Shown here piece after piece: positions 21,315 through 25,678 of a stretch of 25,678 bases of DNA; position 1 is the first letter of the stretch, and each line of letters begins with the position of its first letter. Both the position numbers and the translations under genes were made by a program. The DNA comes from Candidatus Woesearchaeota archaeon (GTDB lineage Archaea > Nanobdellota > Nanobdellia > SCGC-AAA011-G17 > GW2011-AR17), in the NCBI GenBank assembly GCA_043818535.1, contig JBDRFS010000042.1:1-25678 (forward strand), in the 5' to 3' direction. The notes under the pieces were generated by a model. It was not told where the DNA came from and did not search any database. It saw nothing but the letters and a program-made list of their open reading frames with translations.

Positions 21315-23009
21315 TTGAAAAAGCTACTGCTCTTACCAGCAATAATGATAATAATGGCAGCCTTTGCAGTTGCCACTCTTGAAGATTCAGATTACGTCCT
21401 CTCAAACTCAGATGACTGGAGGGATGTGTACTCTTCTGTGCAGTATGCCACGCTCTCAGGCAAGGACTTCGGCTTCCTGGTAAGCGAGAAGCATGCATTA
21501 TCTGTAGTAAATACCATAAGCAGAAACCTCAATATAGGGCTGGTAAGCTCTGACACCTCGCCTTTCTTCATGGGATACAAGTCCTTTCTGGAGTCAAAAG
21601 GCTTCTCCACAGTAAGCGAAGATGTCTTAAGGAATGTAAACCTTGAGCTTGCAGAAAGGCTTCCGGACATAACAAATTTCATAATAATGGACGATTCTTA
21701 TGGCTATAATGCCATTGCAGCAGCGCCATATGCAGCTACCAAAAAGTCCTATGTTATATTTGCCAACAGGGAGAATATAGGCGCTGTTGAGGACTTTCTG
21801 GACTCTAAGCCCGCAATAGGTGAGCTCCTTATCTTCGGGCATGTGGACAGGGAAGTGAAGGAGCAGCTGTCAAGGTTCAATCCTGAGATAATCAACAAGG
21901 AAGACAGGTTTGACAATAATGTGGAAATTGTGAAGAGGTACAGGGAGATAAGGCCGGCAAAGCAAATTGTGATAACAAACGGCGAGTTCATAGAGAAGGA
22001 AATCATGATGGGGGCAGAGCCTGTACTATTTATAGGCAGGGAAAACGTCCCTGACCAGATAAAGAACTACATACAGTCAACTGATATCGAGGTTGCCGTG
22101 CTTGTGGGTAATGAGCTGATAAACACAGCAACAAACATAAGGAGAACAGTAGGGATAAGCACTTTCGTCAAGTTTGCACAAGGATCCAGGGGCGGGGGAG
22201 GATCAATCTCCCAGGTTGAAGCACTGGACATGTTTTACCTACCGACATACACCCTCAATGTGGCTATTGAGTCGGTGAAGTACAACAAGGCAATGAACAC
22301 GCTTGAAGTCACTTACAGGAACAATGCTGATGTCGCTTCTTACCTGAAGGGCACAATAACTCTTGAGGACAAGGATTCAGGGGAGGAGCAGAGAGTAGGC
22401 GATATTGATTCTGTGTTCATAGAGGGAGGAAGCCTGAAGACAATAGCTTACTCAGGGATTAACCTTACTGGCGAGTCATTCCTTGCCAGGGTTTTTACAA
22501 TCTACGGCGAATCAAGGAATTCCCTGGAATTTGTCCTGCAGGCCGAGCTGGATGTTGATGTCGTGAACATATATGACAACTGCGAGATTGAGCTTGAAAA
22601 GGCCCTCTTCCACAAGAGGAAACAGCAGTTTTTGATCACAGTGGCAAACATAGGGCCTGAGGCCTGCTATGTGCAGCTTGAGCTGACAGATGTTGTCATT
22701 GCTGACGAGAGGGTAACTCTTGGGACAGTGGACCCTGTGAAGATTGAAATAGGGAAGAAGTCCGACATAGCAATTGACGCAATGCTTACTGATTCTGACT
22801 TGGAAAAGAACAATTACATTAACCTTATTGCATATTATGGCCAGAGGGAATCAAGCCTGATAAAGGTTCTCAAAGCAAAGCTCCAGCTTGAAATTAAAAG
22901 CGTTGACATAGTGTACTATTCTGTATGGGTTGGAGTAATCCTTTTAATAATAGTGCTGCTCTTCCTTCTTTTCAGGAGAAGGAAAGAGGATGAGGAAGAA
23001 GAGGACTAG
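21315..23009 (+). CDS. large cell-surface protein with an N-terminal signal and a C-terminal TM anchor
   Basis: 564 aa with a TTG start. Signal sequence MKKLLLLPAIMIIMAAFAVA. Three N-terminal segments resemble cell-wall-binding-repeat-2 units (SNSDDWRDVYSSVQYATL, MDDSYGYNAIAAAPYAA, VITNGEFIEKEIMMGAEP). The C-terminus has a TM segment VWVGVILLIIVLLFLLF followed by RRRKEDEEEED. Confidence 0.8.
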   Translation: MKKLLLLPAIMIIMAAFAVATLEDSDYVLSNSDDWRDVYSSVQYATLSGKDFGFLVSEKHALSVVNTISRNLNIGLVSSDTSPFFMGYKSFLESKGFSTVSEDVLRNVNLELAERLPDITNFIIMDDSYGYNAIAAAPYAATKKSYVIFANRENIGAVEDFLDSKPAIGELLIFGHVDREVKEQLSRFNPEIINKEDRFDNNVEIVKRYREIRPAKQIVITNGEFIEKEIMMGAEPVLFIGRENVPDQIKNYIQSTDIEVAVLVGNELINTATNIRRTVGISTFVKFAQGSRGGGGSISQVEALDMFYLPTYTLNVAIESVKYNKAMNTLEVTYRNNADVASYLKGTITLEDKDSGEEQRVGDIDSVFIEGGSLKTIAYSGINLTGESFLARVFTIYGESRNSLEFVLQAELDVDVVNIYDNCEIELEKALFHKRKQQFLITVANIGPEACYVQLELTDVVIADERVTLGTVDPVKIEIGKKSDIAIDAMLTDSDLEKNNYINLIAYYGQRESSLIKVLKAKLQLEIKSVDIVYYSVWVGVILLIIVLLFLLFRRRKEDEEEED

Positions 23010-23010
23010 G

Positions 23011-23019
23011 TTTTTCTTT
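23011..23019 (+). terminator. oligo-T tract after the surface-protein gene
   Basis: tttttcttt begins 2 nt after the TAG at 23007-23009. Confidence 0.4.
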
Positions 23020-23049
23020 AATTTATTAGTTTCTAAACTATACCGATAA

Positions 23050-23062
23050 CATTAAAAATATC
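23050..23062 (+). promoter_or_regulatory. putative TATA box for the signal peptidase gene, apparently leaderless
   Basis: cATTAAAAATAtc is centred about 26 nt upstream of ATG 23082. Confidence 0.4.
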
Positions 23063-23081
23063 TAAAATTGTTTAAGGCTTG

Positions 23082-23711
23082 ATGAGGTGGTACATTTTAT
23101 TAGTTTTAGCCATGGCATTATGCCTTGGCTGGTTTGGGCATAAGGCCTATTTTGAGTATAATTACTATCCCGGAGCTGAGATCTGGCTGCCAGTAAAGGA
23201 AGGTCCGGCATCTCTGGGACAAGAAGCTGGTTACGTGGAAAAAGATGAGCAATACATAGACGCAAAAGTGCTTGACAGCCTGTATGGGGAGCCATTGAAA
23301 GCAGGAGCTCCCCTAATAACAGGCATGGCCACATATGAGCCGGCAATTGTTCCGGGGGACCATGTAGGCGAGGAAGACATACATGTCTACACCAATAGGT
23401 TCACAGTAGTGCCGCACAGGAAGCTTAGCTGGTCAAAGTATGCTGCAACAAAGTCCATGGTTCCTGTCCTTGATGAAAATGTCAACGGGATAGAATTCAT
23501 CCCGGAAAGCATAGCGGATATACAGGTTGGGGACATAATATCTTTTTCTGCAGAAGAGTCTGATACATTAGTTGTCCACAGGGTGATTGAGCTGGGCAGG
23601 GACGAAAAAGGGTGGTATGCAGTGACAAAAGGGGACAACAACCCTCTTGAGGACCCTTTCAGGACAAGATTCGAGAACATAAAAGGCGTTTTGGTAGCTA
23701 TTATATATTAG
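23082..23711 (+). CDS. signal peptidase I, archaeal/eukaryal (S26B, Sec11-like) type
   Basis: An N-terminal TM segment, the Ser box ATKSMVPVL, the His box VVHRVIEL, and the TKGDNNPLEDP motif diagnostic of the S26B type. ATG 23082 is preferred to the TTG at 23079. Confidence 0.8.
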   Translation: MRWYILLVLAMALCLGWFGHKAYFEYNYYPGAEIWLPVKEGPASLGQEAGYVEKDEQYIDAKVLDSLYGEPLKAGAPLITGMATYEPAIVPGDHVGEEDIHVYTNRFTVVPHRKLSWSKYAATKSMVPVLDENVNGIEFIPESIADIQVGDIISFSAEESDTLVVHRVIELGRDEKGWYAVTKGDNNPLEDPFRTRFENIKGVLVAIIY

Positions 23712-23794
23712 TACTGGTTGCCCAAACCTCTTCTGCTGCCAAAGACTGTCCATCATCCAAAGACGGCAATCTATGCAAAAATGCGGCTGCTGAC

Positions 23795-24265
23795 TTAAAA
23801 AGAATACTGGGCAAGCCATACAGCCCCGCCAATAATCAGGCCTAATACAAGGCCGAAAACAAAGCCCTTCTTGAACGCTGTTGGATGGAACAGCGTGGCA
23901 GGGTGCAATGTGCCTAGGAAGTCTATTGTGTCTCCCAGGAATGTTTTCCACCATCCTTCGCTCTTTATCCTCATTTCCCTCTTTATCTTCCTCACCCTCT
24001 TTTTTACTATGCTTATTGAGGACTTCCTGTCCTTTGTCTTTATCAGCTCGTCGGCAAGCACTTCATCCCCCACAACTTCCCTTACCCACTTTGCAAAGTC
24101 GTTTTTCCAGTCGTTTACGTGCTGGGCAAAGACATTGTCATCCATGGTCTTAAATATCTCTTCCATGTCCTCTATGGCCCTTATCACGCGGCCGTCATGC
24201 GTCCAGAACTGCTTTTCCCATGGAACCTCTTCCAGCAGGCCTGGCTCTATAAGGTCATATTCCAT
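23795..24265 (-). CDS. tail-anchored membrane protein, function unknown
   Basis: 156 aa. A soluble acidic N-terminal domain is followed by a basic stretch and a C-terminal TM segment GFVFGLVLGLIIGGAVWLA. Confidence 0.7.
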   Translation of the reverse strand: MEYDLIEPGLLEEVPWEKQFWTHDGRVIRAIEDMEEIFKTMDDNVFAQHVNDWKNDFAKWVREVVGDEVLADELIKTKDRKSSISIVKKRVRKIKREMRIKSEGWWKTFLGDTIDFLGTLHPATLFHPTAFKKGFVFGLVLGLIIGGAVWLAQYSF

Positions 24266-24326
24266 ATGAGTAAAGATGCAGGAAGAGTTTTAATAACTTT
24301 CGATTGTGCGTGTGCAGGTTTTGGTC

Positions 24327-24377
24327 TTGATAAAGCATAGGCAGCCTGCGCTTTTGGATTTGCTGGCGTGGAAGTCC
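24327..24377 (+). repeat. dispersed intergenic repeat, copy d
   Basis: TTGATAAAGCATAgGCAG head, then 26 of 33 positions match copy c. Confidence 0.7.
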
Positions 24378-24473
24378 TTGCATGGCTTTTGCCAGAATAT
24401 GATTTGCTAGGATGAAATCCTTTATGCTATTCTTCTCAGAAAATCAGTCCAGCCAGAAGTGCTCTCGTGGTGA

Positions 24474-24656
24474 TCAGGTTCTCTTGTAAACTTCCAGAAG
24501 CCTCTTTGCCACATTGTCCCAGGTTATGCTTTTTATCTCAATCCTGCCATGCTCCTTGAGCGTGGACCTAAGGACCTCATACTTGAGCACTCCGAGAACT
24601 TTGTTTGCCAGCTCATTTACATCCCAGAAATCAGCCTTCAGCGCGTGCTTTATTAT
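24474..24656 (-). pseudogene. out-of-frame C-terminal 60 codons of the GT4 glycosyltransferase
   Basis: IIKHALKADFWDVNELANKVLGVLKYEVLRSTLKEHGRIEIKSITWDNVAKRLLEVYKRT-stop is the expected GT-B C-terminal helix region. It lies in the -1 frame relative to 24653..25678. Confidence 0.7.
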
Positions 24657-25678
24657 TCAGAAACCCCTGACTGCTTTGATATCACTACAGGTGTGTCCCT
24701 GATCATGGACTCCAATGGCGTAATGCCGAAAGGCTCTGAGACAGAGGGCATAACAAAGACGTCCGCCATCCTGTAGAGCTTGTCAACTTCAGGCCCTCGC
24801 ACAGCGCCAGTGAAAAAGACCTTGTCGCTTATGCCCAGCTCTGCCGCAAGCTCAATCATTCTCGGAAGCATGTCGCCTGAGCCGGCCATTATGAATTTCA
24901 CGTCCGGCATCTTCTCAAGTATCCTCTTTGCTGCGTAGATGAAGTATTCCGGACCCTTCTGGATTGTGATCCTCCCGAGGAAAAGCACAACTTTGTCTTT
25001 CTTCTCTATTATGAAATTCTGCGGGTGCTCCTCTGCTTCAACTGCATTGTGCACTACAGAAATCTTTTCCGGGTCTATGCCATACTTCTCAACTATAATG
25101 TTCTTTGTGTAATGGCTTACTGCTATTACCTTATCAGCAGCGTTCATGCCTGCCTTTTCAATGTCATAAATGTACTGGTTTGGGTGGTTGGCTGTCCTGT
25201 CAAATTCTGTTGCATGCACCTGCACGATGAGCTTCTTCCCGGAGACAGCTTTTGCCTCTATGCCTGCCTGGAACGTGAGCCAGTCATGGCAGTGGATTAT
25301 GTCAAACTCTTCTGCAGCAGCTATGAGCCTTGCGTTTTTTGAGTAGATTTGGACATCATTGAATAGGTCCCTCCCGTACACCTCCGCCATCTTGCCGCCC
25401 AGCACCTTTCCATAGCGGTACGAGACCTCAGAAGAATAGCCTGCTGATGACACATAAGGCATTATCGTAGAATTGACGCCTATGAGCCTTATGTTCTTTA
25501 TAGGTATTGAACTAACTAGCTTGACGTATTTTGCCTTCAATTCTCCAAGGAACTTTGGGATTACGAAAGTTACTTCTACGCCGAACTTGCTAAGCCCTTT
25601 AGTCATACCGTAACAAGCTGTTCCCAAGCCACCGCTGTAATACGGTGGGAACTCCCAACCAAACATCAATATTCTCAT
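24653..25678 (-). CDS. family 4 glycosyltransferase (glycogen-synthase-like), N-terminal 341 codons, interrupted by a frameshift
   Basis: MRILMFGWEFPPYYSGGLGTACYGMTKGL is a typical N-terminus. EPFGITPLESM is the GT4 E-x7-E region. The reading frame ends at TAA-TAA (24650-24655) where homologues would continue. The ATG is the last triplet of the window. Confidence 0.85.
   Translation of the reverse strand: MRILMFGWEFPPYYSGGLGTACYGMTKGLSKFGVEVTFVIPKFLGELKAKYVKLVSSIPIKNIRLIGVNSTIMPYVSSAGYSSEVSYRYGKVLGGKMAEVYGRDLFNDVQIYSKNARLIAAAEEFDIIHCHDWLTFQAGIEAKAVSGKKLIVQVHATEFDRTANHPNQYIYDIEKAGMNAADKVIAVSHYTKNIIVEKYGIDPEKISVVHNAVEAEEHPQNFIIEKKDKVVLFLGRITIQKGPEYFIYAAKRILEKMPDVKFIMAGSGDMLPRMIELAAELGISDKVFFTGAVRGPEVDKLYRMADVFVMPSVSEPFGITPLESMIRDTPVVISKQSGVSE

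Noticed and set aside
21098-22006. ORFs 21098..21289 (+), 21295..21498 (-), 21392..21682 (-), 21627..21842 (-) and 21749..22006 (-)
   Set aside because: They are antisense or alternative frames of the thioredoxin-like and surface-protein genes and have no motifs.
23062-24340. ORFs 23062..23346 (-), 23387..23680 (-), 23568..23954 (-), 23871..24269 (+), 23881..24153 (+) and 24119..24340 (+)
   Set aside because: They are shadow frames of the signal peptidase and the tail-anchored protein genes.
24514-25342. + ORFs 24514..24702, 24549..24776 and 25025..25342
   Set aside because: They are antisense to the glycosyltransferase gene and its frameshifted C-terminal segment.

Overview
This window is probably archaeal. 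It has an archaeal/eukaryal-type signal peptidase, TATA-like boxes about 26-31 nt upstream of many start codons (several genes look leaderless), and a tRNA-Gly with no encoded CCA. Ordinary genes at roughly 50% G+C lie on both sides of a strongly AT-rich insert at about 11.9-20.5 kb. To the left are a YgiQ-family radical SAM, a secreted protein, pcm, nadB, tRNA-Gly(CCC), a CrtI-like oxidoreductase and a PHP phosphoesterase. To the right are a thioredoxin-like lipoprotein, a large surface protein, the signal peptidase, a tail-anchored protein and a frameshifted GT4 glycosyltransferase. The insert is one tightly coupled + strand operon: RHH regulator, B12-binding radical SAM, bacterial-type CoaE-like kinase, twitch/SPASM-like radical SAM, DUF3419/BtaA-like SAM enzyme, a 171-aa protein ending in seven (S/N)GES repeats, a cyanophycin-synthetase-type ATP-grasp ligase, and a class I methyltransferase. 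A final small gene is split by a 1620-bp IS1634-like element. I read the operon as a candidate uncharacterised peptide- or scaffold-modification (RiPP-like) system acquired horizontally; its function is inference only. The left 2.9 kb looks like mobile-element debris: small overlapping minus-strand genes, a 71-nt duplication of the ygiQ-like 3' end, and a 39-nt inverted repeat. A four-copy dispersed intergenic repeat family is also present. No rRNA gene or CRISPR array was seen. All family assignments come from motif recognition by eye, not database searches.
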